DNA of 64,000 bases from Tubulanus polymorphus. Its lineage: Eukaryota > Animalia > Nemertea. This document shows, one piece after another, positions 35,801 through 49,862 of this stretch (positions are counted from its first letter, which is position 1; every line of letters begins with the position of its first letter). The position numbers and the translations under genes are program-made. Below the pieces are notes generated by a model. The model saw only the letters and a list, made by a program, of their open reading frames with translations. It was not told where the DNA came from and ran no database searches. Where the stretch lies: the NCBI RefSeq assembly GCF_964204645.1, contig NC_134028.1, positions 15,135,653 to 15,199,652 of the forward strand, read 5' to 3'.

Positions 35801-38800
35801 CGGGCCGGTGTCCGCTGACGAGTCCTGAACCGTGTTTTATGCTCTACCTTCGGTTACAGAGACATGCCCGAAGGTCGTCGTCATGATCGACTTGATCGAT
35901 TGCGGATTGCGTGGATTGTTAGATGTGTTTTTTGCCATAGTTTTATGTGCATATACCGGTACGATCTAACAATGAAGTTATCACTTCATTTGAATAAATT
36001 CTTAATCACAGTAATATTAATTCACAATATTTTTTCTTATGTTTGGTGATTTCTTGCAACTTATCATTGCCAAGTCTCATACAAGTAGTAGCTGAATGAA
36101 AGTACAGTTGAAAGTACAGTTGGGTTATCAGGCTGAACCTGATAACCCAAATTAAGTGCTAGCATGGAACTAATGATTATTTTGATTCTATTTTCGGTGT
36201 CATTGAAATTCGTTAATAAAGGTTCAACCGTCATAGTATACTGTACTTAGCATTGCTACAATTGGGTGCCATATTTCTACAATTTCTACAAGGAGGAAGG
36301 AATCTTTAAGTGTCTTTGTTCCCGGGTAGGGTACGGGGTAAAACCTGGTTTACTTTCTCTTTCGACTTGCCGGAGACTACTATCTGCAATGTATTGCATG
36401 CTTTGATGTGTCTGGCCTATAGGAGTTGAACGATATTTTTTTCCCATACACAGGCATGGCTTTAGTGTAGATGAAGGCTAGGCACTGCACATTGTGGATT
36501 GACTGGAACTCTTAACTCTCAAAATTAAACGAGTCAACAAGAAAGATCCAATAATTGGACATTTGTCTAACTATATTATTTAACAGCTTGAAATAATACA
36601 TAACACATTCTGCAAGAGTATACAAAGGAAATCAGTTCTTACATTATATCAGAATCAATAGTTCGCTTAACTAGAATTCTGGTTCCATTGCTTCATATTC
36701 TAATGAAATCCACTAGTATACCTTAGAATATCGCTTAGCTTAAGACTAAAAATTTGGTACCAGGAAACAGGGAAGAAAAGTGGGTGTACTGTACATCCGC
36801 AATTGACTTATTTCTCTCTGGTTGAATCAAGTTATAATTGAAATAGCATTCGAATAGCCATTTTATTTTTAAAAATTGTGTCATTCAGCTATCCTGGTGC
36901 AAATTTCGCAGTTGAAGTTTACTGGTGCCATCTGATTTCTCAGTATCTCAAAAAATTTGCACATTCTAAGCCTGAATCTAAAAATAGAAAAAGGTGCATT
37001 TTAGTCGGATATAAAAGAATAGTGGCTAATACACCCTGGACTATATAGCCTATGGGGTGGGCCTAGTTTGAAAGCACTGAGGTCCGAGAGAACAGCACTT
37101 AGTAAATAAATACTGAAATTAAACTTACAAAACACCCAGTACTTGAGATGATGTACTTGACAAGAAGTGTCACCAGCTAAGCAAATCAACTTTGTCTATG
37201 ACTCCTCCTTTTATAGATTCAGTAGTAGTCTAAAAATAAGAATCGGTACATTTTTCTAACAGTTGGTATGTCATTTCTTCAAAAAAACTAATTATTATCA
37301 CGCCACAGCAAATAAATTATTCACAGTTGTTGAATGGTTAGCCCGATTTAGATTAATTGGTTGACGCTAATCAGTATGACCCATACGTAGGGGCCTACTG
37401 CATGCCATTGGCGTCAATCCATTCCATTCCATTCCACAGTGAATTAAAAAGAAATTTAGTTAGATCCCTTTTGTCCAAAAGCTGCATCATTTATATAACT
37501 AGCTGTCAAATTTAATTTACCTCCTTCAGAGAATACCATAGTGACATAGTCCGTCGCCCATCAACGTGTTGACAAAAGAAAAGTTGCTCCATGTTTTATA
37601 CATGAACGTTCAAATAAGATATTTTGCGTCTTGCAGGGAATATTGAGCATAGTGTTTAAGTTGGCTTGCACGGATTGTGAATGGGTTTTCCTCATTATGC
37701 TGCCTGTATGCATTAAAAATCCGGATTTCAAGCGAATTAATTTGTCCAACAAGTGGCCCTCTAAAAGTATACTCCACACATACTGTCCATGCGTGTCTCT
37801 GTAACCGAAGTTAGAGACTAAAACACGGTTCAGGACTCGGCAGCGGACACCGGGCCGGAAAATATTTCAAAACGTGTATTGTTGGTACCTAGCACGATTT
37901 CAGCGTTTTTCGGGAATTCCCTGAAATTTCGGCGTTTTTCGGAAATTCCCTGAAATTTCAGCGTTTTTATTTCAGCGTTTCAGCGTTTCAGTGATTCAGC
38001 TTTTTCAGCGAAGTTCAGGAACCGTATAATGATTCTCATAATATAGTATATCTATAACATCATTTGAATCATAATCTTTTGATAGATATAAAGGTTCTAA
38101 TGTATAATGTTTTATGTTGTTACCTTTTGTATTTGGTAATTTGATTAAATCAAACACATTTATTCTTAAATTATTATCTCTTTCTATCTTTGGGATGGTT
38201 TTAATTATAACAGGATACTTATCTATCTTATAATTATTTTCAAATTGTTTATAATGAGTTAATCTAAAACTATGTTGTTTATAATCTTCAACTGGGTGTA
38301 AACAACTTATTATAGCCCATAGAAAACATTTAGTTTTAAATGGTAGTTTAATATAACTCGATGCTTCAATATCTGGTTCTTTATAATATGATACATTATT
38401 TTCATCAACATTATTTTCATCAATTGGTATCGATTTAGTTAACTTATTATATTTTGTGTAATAAACATGTAAAGTCATAAATATTATTTCATCAAATATT
38501 AAACCAGATCCTTCAAAATATTTCTCTTCTATTTTAGTTTTTACTTCATTATAACATTTATCTAATTTATCATCTATATGTTGTTTAGATATAATATGTT
38601 GTGAATGAGAATTTATATTATATATTGGTTTATCTTCAGATTTTATGAATTTAACTTTAGAAGATATACTTATTTTAGGATATTCAACATCAGTTATTAT
38701 TTTTATTATTTCTTTCATATTTTCTAAATGTTTTTTTATTTTCTTCTAATGTTTTTACTTTATGAAATTTAAACTCAATAGCTGCTGGACCAATATCACT

Positions 38801-38997
38801 TTTAAATGCTTCGGTTATCTCTATATCTTTTTTATTATCCAATAAAATAATATATTTTCTTACATCTTCCATGTATGGTCTTTTATTGTTTAATTTATTT
38901 TTTATGTTTTTAATTGTCTTCTGTTTCTTATCATTATCTTTATCAAAATAATCTTCACCTAAAATATCATTATTCTTATTTCTAATATGACTTTTTA
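32809..38997 (-). pseudogene. pPolB copy 2; catalytic part open (32809..35633), split by a TIR element; extreme N-terminus lost
   Basis: Exonuclease YGDFES and FHNLSGYD; polymerase YIDANNLY, KLMNNAFYGK, YFDTDS. Removing 35634..38024 and one TSD copy restores ..YYENHY|MWIKQ.. in frame. Confidence 0.96.
35634..38024. mobile_element. Non-autonomous DNA transposon with ~230-bp TIRs and 9-bp TSD (Mutator/MULE-like), copy A
   Basis: Termini CGGTTCCTGAACTTCGCTGAAAAAGCTGAA..; TSD TATAATGAT at 35625..35633 and 38025..38033; no transposase ORF. Confidence 0.9.
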
Positions 38998-39846
38998 TTA
39001 AAATTAACTTTGTACCAGTTATATTTCATAATCTATCAGGATATGATGTACATTTATTTATCAAACAGTTATGCCATGAAATAGAAGAAATTGATAATGA
39101 AATAGAAAGATTAAATTCAAATAGATCAAAAGATAAAATACCAACTTATAAATTTAAAATGTTAGCTAGAACATCTGAGAATTATAAATCATTCCAATTT
39201 GGTTGCCTAGGATTTATAGATTCATATAGATTTTTAAATATAAAATATAGATAACTTATCAAAATCATTAGTTGATGATGAATTAAAAATATTAAAACAA
39301 CACTACCCAAATAATGATGATTTTCAATGAATGAGATGTAAAGGCGCAATTCCATATTCTGTCTATAAAAATCATAATGATTTCAATATAACTGAATTAT
39401 TAAAAGAACAATTCTATGATGAATTAAAAAATGAATATGTTAAAGATGAAGTCTATAATAGAACATTGAATATTTGGAATCATTTTGGAATGAAAAATCA
39501 TGGGCAATTAGTAGATTTATATTTAAAATCAGATGTATTATTATTAACTGATATATTTGAAAGGTTTAGAGATGTAAAACTAAAATATTTTAATATTGAT
39601 CCATGTCATTGTTATTCATCACCAGGATTAACTTGGATTGTGGTTTGAAATTTACGGATATAAAAATGGATTTGTTAACAAATATAGATCAATTATTATT
39701 ATTTGAAAAATCTATAATAGGAGGAGTTTCAGGTGTATTAGGAGATAGATATTTTAATGTAAATGATAACCCTGGATATAAGTTATTGTATATAGATGCA
39801 AATAATTTGTATGGATGGGCAATGATGGAACCACAACCTTATGGAG
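38998..39846 (+). pseudogene. Inverted pPolB fragment from another Polinton copy
   Basis: Reverse complement of ~2348..3192; encodes ..KINFVPVIFHNLSGYD..YIDANNLYGWAMMEPQPYG and ends at the TIR at 39847. Confidence 0.9.
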
Positions 39847-40125
39847 CGGTTCCTGAACTTCGCTGAAAAAGCTGAATCACTGAAACGCTGAAACGCTGAA
39901 ATAAAAACGCTGAAATTTCAGGGAATTTCCGAAAAACGCCGAAATTTCAGGGAATTTCCGAAAAACGCTGAAATCGTGCTAGGTACCGACAATACACGTT
40001 TTGAAATATTTTCCGGGCCGGTGTCCGCTGCCGAGTCCTGAACCGTGTTTTAGTCTCTACCTTCGGTTACAGAGACATGCATGGACAGTATGTGTGGCGT
40101 ATACTTCTAGAGGGCCACTTGTTGG

Positions 40126-41293
40126 GCAAAAGGTAGAAAGTTTTTAATGTCCGATCGACAGTACCGGTAGCGCCGCTACTTAGCAATAATAAGAACTAAT
40201 GTTATTGACAATGTTTTGTTAAGTGGAAAGACGCCGAGTACCAGTATATATCCGATAGGTTCGAATCCCCAATTTCTTCGGGATGTTTTGATTTTAAAAT
40301 AGCGATCGTTGTAATAGATTTGGTGTACCATATTAAACTTACCCACCGGCACCACACCTGCCGTTGTGAAACAGGGGACGTCCTATTCCAATGACGCTAA
40401 AGATTTAGTGTGAATTTTATGGTACTGTACGGCGGTATGAATTAAATTCAGCTTAGACTGAGAGTAAAGTTTTTTAAAGCAAACTCTAATGGGCTAACTG
40501 CACATCGTCGAAAGACTTCTCATCCATCGATACTTGATAAAAATGAAATAAAGCATCTATTTCCAATTATCTCACGTAAGCATAACATTAATTTTGAAAA
40601 TCTCAACCATACATCAAAACATTTTAAAGCCTTCTATATCAAATGCAATCTTTTGCTAACATAAACAATAGACAAATGGGCATATATCTCTATCATATTA
40701 ATTATATCACGAATGCTAAATATTGCGATATTAATTGAAATCGTTCAACCAACAAATGAATTTAGTTAACACAATATCATCACAAACCATTCATATCCTT
40801 GGCAAAGGACTTATAAGCTTTTAGAATATCAAAACAGGAAAACTTTAGTCTCATTTCTATGCGAGTAGATATACATTATCATTATAACATCCATATCTTT
40901 GCATTATATATAACATCCGTATCTTTGCATTATATATATGTTTATAATGTTATATCTCTTTATAATAATCAATCCAATAATTAAATTAATAATACCTCCT
41001 TTCTACTAATCACATCTGATCTGTTGGATCCAGCAACAAGTTGAACTCTTTCCGAACCCATTTCCTTTTCGAACGCAAATCACGACTTCTGAAAACTGAA
41101 TAGCGCGCTGTTAACTTCAACTTCAAAACAAATTTGTTGAACAGCAGTGTATCGAAAAACTGTACGTACAGTGTACTGCGAACTGAACGCGGCGTCTTCT
41201 CACTTAGAAAATTATCGACTCGACAGATTAGTTCGATTTTCGACCGCGGCGGCGCTATACGACATTGGACAAAAGAAACTTTCTACCTTTTGC
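40126..41293. mobile_element. MITE / non-autonomous TIR element
   Basis: TIR GCAAAAGGTAGAAAGTTT / AAACTTTCTACCTTTTGC; absent from copy A; degenerate 9-bp flanks ACTTGTTGG / ACTTAGCGG. Confidence 0.75.
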
Positions 41294-43122
41294 ACTTAGC
41301 GGACAAATTAATTCGCTTGAAATCCGGATTTTTAATGCATACAGGCAGCATAATGAGGAAAACCCATTCACAATCCGTGCAAGCCAACTTAAACACTATG
41401 CTCAATATTCCCTGCAAGACGCAAAATATCTTATTTGAACGTTCATGTATAAAACATGGAGCAACTTTTCTTTTGTCAACACGTTGATGGGCGACGGACT
41501 ATGGTATTCTCTGAAGGAGGTAAATTAAATTTGACAGCTAGTTATATAAATGATGCAGCTTTTGGACAAAAGGGATCTAACTAAATTTCTTTTTAAATCA
41601 CTGTGGAATGGAATGGATTGACGTCAATGGCATGCAGTAGGCCCCTACGTATGGGTCATACTGATTAGCGTCAACCAATTAATCTCAATCGGGCAAACCA
41701 TTCAACAACTGTGAATAATTTACTTGTTGTGTTGTGATAATAATTAGTTTTTTTAAAGAAATGACATACCAACTGTTAGAAAAATGTACCGATTCTTATT
41801 TTTAGACTACTACTGAATCTATAAAAGAAGGAGTCATAGACAAAGTTGATTTGCTTAGCTGGAGACATGTCGAGTACATCATCTCAAGTACTGGGTGTTT
41901 TGTAAGTTTGCTGTTCCCTCGGACCTCAGTGCTTTCAAACTAGGCCCACCCCATAGGCTATATAGTCCAGGGTGTATTAGCCACTATTCTTTTATTTCCT
42001 ACTTAAATGCACCTTTTTCTATTTTTAGACTCAGGCTTAGAATGTGCAAATTTTTTTAGATACTGAGAAATCAGCTGGCACCAGTAAACTTCAACTGCGA
42101 AATTTGAAGCAGGATAGCTGAACGACACAATTTTTAAAAATAAAATGGCTATTCGAATGCTATTTCAATAATAACTTGATTCAACCAGAGAGAAATAAGT
42201 CAATTGCGGATGTACAGTACACCCACTTTTCTTCCCTGTTTCCTGGTACCAAATTTTTAGTCTTAAGTTAAGCGATATTCTAAGGTATGCTAGTGGATTT
42301 CATTAGAATATGAAGCAATGGAACAAGAATTCTAGCCCGAGTTAAGCTAACTATTGATTCTGATATAATTTAAGAACTGATTTCCTTTGTGTACTCTTGC
42401 AGAATGTGTTATGTATTATTTCAAGCTGTTAAATAATATAGTTGGACAAACGTCCAATTATTTAATCTTTCTTGTTGATTCGTTTAATTTTGTGAGTTTA
42501 GAGTTCCAGTCAATCCACAATGTGCAGTGCCTAGCCTTCATCTACACTAAAGCCAAGCCTGTGTATGGGAAAATGTCGTTCGACTCCTATAAGCCAGACA
42601 AATCAAAGCATGCAATACAATGCAAATAGAAGTCTCCGGCAAGTTGAAAGAGAAAGTAAACCAGGTTTACCCCGTACCCTACCCGGGAACAAAGACACGT
42701 AAAGACTCCTTCCTCATTGTAGAAATTGTAGAAATATGGCACCCAATCGTAGGAATGCTAAGTACAGTATACTATAGGCCCATCTACACGAGAGGAAAAA
42801 TCCTTTATTTTCAGTCTACACGAGGAGAAAATTCCCAAAAAGCCGCCTTTATCGGCGGCTCCGTTTAGGCCTACTCGCGAGTAGGCCCCAACGGAGCCGC
42901 TTTTAAAAAAGCCGGCTTTTTCATCCGTGTAGACGCACGATCACGAAAAGGCGGCTCCGTTGAGTTCCTTAACAGATGGCAGCACCGTTCTTAGCTTCCG
43001 CTTTATTTACGAACAACGAACACGACAACGCTTCAATCACCACGGTATTATTCCACTCAGCGGACTTCATTGACATTTTAGTTACCGGTATTTTTTGTTT
43101 ACGAAGTATTATTTAGAAGTTA

Positions 43123-45296
43123 ATGAAAATGACTAAGTGGTCAAGTAGAGAACACAAGGCGCTAATAGCGATTTGGAAGCGCGAAGATATCCAATCACAA
43201 TTCGACGGAACGAAAAAGGATTCGCTCGTTTACAAAAAGATATCTACTGAACTATTGATATACGGAATAGCGAAAACGGCAACACAGATAAAAAGCCGTA
43301 TGAAACGACTGAAGGCGGAATTCAAAAAAATTAAAGACAACAACTCAAGATCTGGGAGAGGGAGAATAACAATGGATTATTACGAAGAATTAGATGAAAT
43401 ATTAGGCCATAGACCGAATATTAGGCCTAGGGTAATGCTCGAGACCTCACAGGTACAGTCTCAGTACGTTTTGGAGCCAGAAGAGATTGAGACTGAGCCA
43501 GCCAGTGTTAGTGCATCATCAGATGAAGATGAAACCAGTTCCGTGTCTGATAATGATATCAACGATGATGATGATGATGAGGATGATGATAGCTCTTTGA
43601 GTCCTTTTAGTCCTATATCTACTGTTACCAGTAATTCTGCGGCAGAAAATGACGTTGATGATGAACTTTGTAGTAGTGGTGATGACAGTGATGGTGTCGG
43701 TAAGTTTAATTATTTCTAATAAAATGTACCATAATAATGACATGTGAAACTGGTAAATTCAATCTTCAAGCAGTTGAAGTTCAGTGTTAAAACTTTTTTC
43801 GAGTAACTTCTGTTAATGGTACTGCAATTTTATATTCATAAATTGACACATTTTAGGGTCACAGATTGTCAGCAAGTTTATGAAACAAAGAAATAAGCTG
43901 ATTCAGCCTGTAGATACCAGTGCACATGGATCAAAAACAAGTATGTATTTAATGCTAGTGAAATTCACTTTCTTCAGCACCCCTGTATGAGATGATTGCA
44001 GTGAACTAGCATAGCAATGCCCTGTTTTCAGATGTGATAGAACCTCTTGATGAAATATACCATTTTGAATTTGATTTGCAGAAATTTCGACCAGCACACC
44101 CAAAGAAAAAGCGAAGATAAAGAAGCCTATTGAAAAAGTGCAAAAACCAGATAAAGTTCAAAAAGTAAATAAAGCCCGAAAACCAGATAAAGTCCAAAGA
44201 ACAGACAAAGAAAAAGGTAGTAGTATTATTTGAATTTTTGAACATGGGGCCTCAGCAGTTAACGTCTTTATTCCTCTGCCCGGTAGACAGAAATCATGTT
44301 TTTATAGGGAAGTTCTTTTCAGGCTTTGACCAAATTTCTGGGTATAACGTAGAATCAGGGAAAAGTCAGGGAATTTCAATTTCAGAGATATTCCGAATAC
44401 CATTGTTTTGTGTTCTAAGCAGTATGCAGTCTATTAATTGTTCTTGAATTATCAACCATTTCAATTACACAATACAAAGATAACTTATATATAAAGAAAA
44501 TAGACTGTTAAGTGGTCTAATATGAATGAATGTAATGTGTCTAATATGTGCCTATGAATGAATTGGATTATGACTGTTATGTGTGATTAGGGCCTATGTT
44601 TTTATTATCATTATAATTGTGCAAATCAACTTATGATTGAATCTATATCAATCTATATCAATTGTTTTAGTTGATGAATATGGTGATTCATGTTATTTCC
44701 TCTCACAATATATCATGTCCAGATTCACTAATCGATCTCACAGTTTGGAAAAATCCATTTTCTGGGGGAGGGCCCCTGGTGCACCTTTGTGATTGATCAG
44801 CGTGGATCATGGAATTCTGGGTGTCCATATATGTACGAATTCTATAATTTTGTATGGACATTGTACTATAAGTGGTTTAAGTATATGTCACGAGTTTTTC
44901 AATTTTTCAGCACCTCCAAAGAAGAAGCTCACCCGCCAAGGTGAACTGTTTGAATAATTTCTTCAGTTTCAACAGCGGTCAGATGAGAAATTTTTGGAAA
45001 AAGAAGAACAAATGCGAAAAGAAGAGCGTGAAAAAGGGGAACGCATGCGTAGAGAGGATAGGGCTCATGAACTGAAAATATTTCAGCTCATGAGTGGTAT
45101 GTTTGGGCAAAGTAATTATATGCAACAGCCGTTTGGACCACAGTTAGGAGCCATGGAACCGCCAATGAATAATTATCAAATTCTAGAACCTCGTCAGTAT
45201 GCAAGCCCATCAAGGGCACAATGGAGGCCGGAAACAACTGATTCCTTATTACAGAATACAACAGCAGCACCTGAACTTCTGCTTTCTCATTTATAA
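43123..45296 (+). pseudogene. Harbinger Myb/SANT-like (trihelix) DNA-binding protein; predicted exons 43123..43699, 44082..44216, 44911..45296
   Basis: KWSSREHKALIAIW..YKKIS..QIKSRMKRLK..YYEELDEIL; phase-compatible GT-AG junctions; in-frame TAA at 44955. Confidence 0.8.
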
Positions 45297-45325
45297 AACA
45301 CTCCCTTAACAGCTGGAATTAGTTA

Positions 45326-45808
45326 AATGAATCAATTGGAGATCACAATATCCGTGATAAAACGATATGAGTAAAATCCCACAATAAATGGATTAAATGA
45401 TAAAATAGGTGGGGAAACGGGTTGTATTCAATGGGTTTAAATTAGAAAGTGGGGTAGTCTCTCATTCTTTGGTTACCGGACATAATTTTGATTTTTCTGG
45501 AGCCAATATTATTTTTCCCAACAATAGTCGCACTAAACGACATATAGTTGAATCTGCTTTGATTTAACACTCATTCCGATCATTCTTTAATAATGGTTTC
45601 AGCCCCCATAATAAACTTCTTTCAAGATATGTCAGTGCTCTAGTCCCCATAACGTAATGTGCAGCGATTCGCGTCCTATTTCATTAATACTGTGTGTATA
45701 TTTGGCAAGTCATTTTAGACTGAAGAAGGGTGGTAGTAACCACCCGAAATATTTCTTATATGTTTTAAATAAACATTTAATTCATTTATTGTGGGATTTT
45801 ACTCATAT
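45326..45808. mobile_element. Possible small insertion with subterminal inverted repeats
   Basis: 35-bp IR ATATGAGTAAAATCCCACAATAAATG.. at 45365 and 45774..45808; flanked by the direct repeat GGAATTAGTTA. Confidence 0.45.
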
Positions 45809-46444
45809 GGAATTAGTTAGTTTAGCAATAAAAGTCGAAGTAGTTCAGTTTAGGTTCATTTATTAATGTTACTTTTTAAATGAATTTTATCATGGCAATC
45901 AAACCAAAAAAAGTATTAGAATTATTATTATTATTAGTTATGAAACTTGAAATTTTATGTTGCTGCTTTGAAAGTTTTTTTTTCTTGCACACTTGTATTT
46001 CGCAGTTGCAAAAATAGACTGCTAGTAAACCACTGTAGAAATCAGTTAATTTCCTAATTGCAATATTCATGGGTCTTACACTCTCAATGGGGCAAGAGGT
46101 CCATGGACCCCTAGTTTAGGTTCCTATCTGCTGGAAAATTTTTTAAAAAATTGTATTCATTCAGGTATCTGTTTGATAATGTATCTTTTGTAATGTAACA
46201 AAGATGATTTGAAAAAAAAGTTTTTTATCAAATTATGTTGTTTTTCCTATATTTGTGACTTTCTCAAAACCTGACTTTTTGGGTTGGTGAGCCTTCGGCC
46301 CAAATAGATCCGACTGCCTACACAAATTTTTCTGGCTTATTCCTCTGAAGTAACCCATCAGGATTTTTGCGCTATAAATAGGCAGTGTCCAAGGACCCAG
46401 GGGATACTCGAATGGTTCATCTCTATATCCCAACTGGATACCAG

Positions 46445-46990
46445 CAGGCCCGTAGACAGGATTATTTTAGGGGGGTTCTACTTGGGGGGGGGGGAAGGGC
46501 AATGTCACCAAAAAAGGCATCCAATATGGTGTGGCGGTACCCGGACCAGGTGAGAAAATTTTGATATTTTACCTGTTTTTAGATCAATTTCCTGCAATGG
46601 GTGGATCCAGGGACTACTGTAACACAACTTATAAAAGAAGGGCATTTATGAGTGGGTCCTCCCCCAGAAAAATTACTGCTTTATGGTTCAATTTCCAAGC
46701 AACAAATGAAGTCCTGATGCAAATTGCTTTGTAGGAAATTTACTGCATTGAGATGTAGTTTCCAGGGAATAAACATGGAAACCTTTTTGTTGAAAACTAT
46801 CTCCTTGTCTTGTAAAAATGTGCATGCTCTTTTCTACTTTTGTGATTGATAGGGACGACAACATGTGCCCTTTTTTCTTTGGAGATGAAATTTCTGAGAA
46901 AAAATTTGAGAACATTTTCGGACGTCAAAAATTCGAAAAAGGGCACCACAAAAGGGGGGTTTGTCCGAACCCCCTCTATGTACAGGCCTG
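46445..46990. mobile_element. Possible MITE inside the Harbinger
   Basis: Termini CAGGCCCGTA / TACAGGCCTG; ACCAG on both flanks. Confidence 0.5.
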
Positions 46991-47735
46991 ACCAGAGTAT
47001 ATCTTCTGGTGCGTCAATTCTCTGTAGGCTTGGTTACTTTCTTTTTTGAGTGACTCGAAAATTATTATCTGGGTGGGATAGCTCATAATTTTCAATTTGG
47101 AGCCCTGGTCACATGGTCACAGAGTAAAAACTCATTTATTAATCAAAGCGCCAAGCCACTCTATTTTATGCCTTCATGGAGGAAATAAAGTAATCTATTC
47201 AATAATTTTATTCTAGTCACCAGCTTTATTTGAAATTAATCCAATTTTGATTCCATTACTCACACAACTTAAAACAATAATACTGTAATCATTTTTCATT
47301 TATATACGAAACAACGCTTTTGAAATCCTAAAACTCTCTCAGTAATAAAAACATTAGCCAGATTCGATTGGCTAAGAAATCATTGATCATCCAGTAATTA
47401 ACACGTTTGATTAGCCATTAGTATAAAAATTACAAAAACTACATTGTATAAAAAAACAAATTTCAATTTTAATTATTTTTTGTAGGCGTGTGCATCACAA
47501 ACTATTCAATTTCTATATCATAACACACAATACCAGCCTACCGTGTCCGATTAAGAGCACAAAAACTGTTAATTAGTTAAAGCAGATTTCAAATTGCAAT
47601 TAAGGAGCTGTCACTTTTATATCAAACTATAACTACAACTAGACAAAATGCACGATGGACAACTAACTTCAACTTAAATTCTTGCAACTAACTTCAACTT
47701 AAATTCTTGCATTAAAATAGCTCATGTACCCAGAG

Positions 47736-49266
47736 TTAATTACCCCGGAAATAAAAATAATTTTCTAGAGCTCGACGAATATCACCAGCTTCTTCAACAT
47801 TTGTATTGCAAACTCTAGCCACAGGCTCTTCACGCATTTCCACCAAATTTTCTTGCAATTGCTGGTCGAATAACTCTTTATAGGTTTCACAGATGTTGTG
47901 AAGAACACAACATGACAAAATAACATTCGGAACATATTCAAGTTTATTATCCAGACGTTTCAAGAGAATGCACCACCTGCCTTTTAGTCTGCTAAATGCA
48001 TTTTCCACAACCATTCTAGCACGACTAAGACGGTAGTCAAAGTTATGTTGAGATTTTGTTAATAATCCGTTATCTGAATAGGGCTTCATAAGCCATGGAA
48101 GTAATGGATAAGCAGGGTCACCTAAGATCATTAGAGGAATATCAATGCCATTTATGCGTCGTTTTGTATTCGGAACAAGAGTGCAACGTTCTGCGTTGTC
48201 ATACAATGTACAGTTACCAAGGATTCTGGCATCATGTACACTGCCTGGCCATCCGATAACAACATCAATGAACCTGTAACTGCTGTCAACCAAAGCTTGC
48301 ACGTTTAGACTAAAATATCCCTTGCGATTATAATAATCTTTTGGAGTATCAGTTGGCGCGATTATTGGTATATGGGTACCATCGATAGCTCCAAAACACT
48401 GGGGAAAACCCATAACTCCTTCAAACGTTTGAAGGTTTTCCAATAAGTCATCACCCGTTGGGATTTTTATCCACTCATGACCAAGAATAGTTGCAATTGC
48501 TTCAGTCACTTCAAGAACAACACCGCCCACTGTACTCCGACCTACACCAAAAATGTAACAAATTGTTCGGTAATCGGCACCAGTTGCCAGTCTCCAGATA
48601 GTTATAGCTACTCGCTTTTCAACTGATAAAGGCTCTCTCATAGTGGTATTCATCTTCTGTAGTTTTCCTGACAGACTCTGGCAGATATACTGTAAAATAT
48701 AAGGATTAGTTACTTTTAGTGATATTGAAAAATAAGGCAATAAATCTATCTTCATATTTGAGCAATTTTCTGCACCTATGCGTCACTTTGACAGCAAGGT
48801 ATGGGAGTGTCCAAATAGTATGTACGCTTTTCGGGGGGAGGGGGTGGTTATTAGGAAAATGGTTATTAGGGAAAAAACTGCCGCGGCGGTTCCGTCGCCA
48901 CTGTATTCAGCTATTGAGATTGAGATTGCTTTCTTACATCTTTATGATCCCCAGGCAAGGCCTACCTGAAATGTATTTCTTGTCATTCTAAAGTTCTCTA
49001 ACCAACGTTCATCTGTCCAATATATTATCCCACAGATCAGAACTCTTAGGAAAACTCCAAATTCGCCCTTTCCTTAGGTCAGCTTGGTCAAATTTCATCA
49101 TGAAAAAGTTAATAACTTCTTGTCGTTGATGCAGTTGCCGTCTTCTGAATTGAATAATACGTCTCTTCCGTTTTTTCAAAGTCCTTAGTCGATAAGCCTG
49201 CCTACGTTGTCGATTATGTAAAACCTGTAGGAACAGCATCCACATACAAAGTGACATAAGCTCCAT
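47736..49266 (-). pseudogene. Harbinger (HARBI1-like DDE) transposase; exons ~49266..48966 and 48689..47736; frameshift near 49013
   Basis: GAIDGTHIP, YYNRKGYFS, WPGSVHDAR, LGDPAYPL, VENAFSRLKGRW; WLENFRM..FQ|YIC joined by a GT-AG intron. Confidence 0.93.
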
Positions 49267-49862
49267 ATTTTATCACAACTCGGTTAAGAAATTCTTAAAT
49301 GTTGAATCGAAGTACGGAACCCTGCGCCACAATGTTTCTGTAACCGAAAACCCCGCTCTATGTTTGTGTAACCGAAAACCTCGCTTCCCCAGCACTCGAG
49401 AAGCCTTCGTGTAGACGCGCGCTATTCAAAATACCGACCCCAAAAAAGCCGGTTCCAACGGAGCCGGCTTTTTAGTGCCTCCGTGTAGATGGGCCTTATG
49501 ACGGTTGAACCTGTATTAACGTATTTCAATGACACCGAAAATAGAATCAAAATAATCATAAGTTCCATGCTAGCACTTAATTTGGGTTATCAGGTTCAGC
49601 CTAACTGTACTTTCATTCAGCTACAACTTTTATGAGACTTGGCAATGATAAGTTGCAAGAAATCACCAAACATAAGAAAAAATATTTGAATTAATAAGCG
49701 CACAGCGAGCGCCGAAGGCGCGAGCTGGAAGCTCCTTAAGTTAATCGCGCGCGTGAGGCAAATTCAAATTTTCTATATTTCTCCATACCGTCCTTCTCAA
49801 AAAGTGTAGTTTACATCCGGGACACATGGGCATTGGCTAAATCGCGGCAACGAAAATGACGG

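Larger units (their letters stand above)
18990..38997. mobile_element. Polinton/Maverick copy 2, near-complete gene set, heavily pseudogenised; PolB-end terminus lost
   Basis: TIR remnant at ~19005..19258; HNH protein, integrase and packaging ATPase on +; capsid, membrane proteins, penton and pPolB on -. Confidence 0.93.
42776..49496. mobile_element. PIF/Harbinger DNA transposon (two convergent genes)
   Basis: TIR AGGCCCATCTACACG / CGTGTAGATGGGCCT; 3-bp TSD TAT; the empty site is visible in copy A (~36230). Confidence 0.95.
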
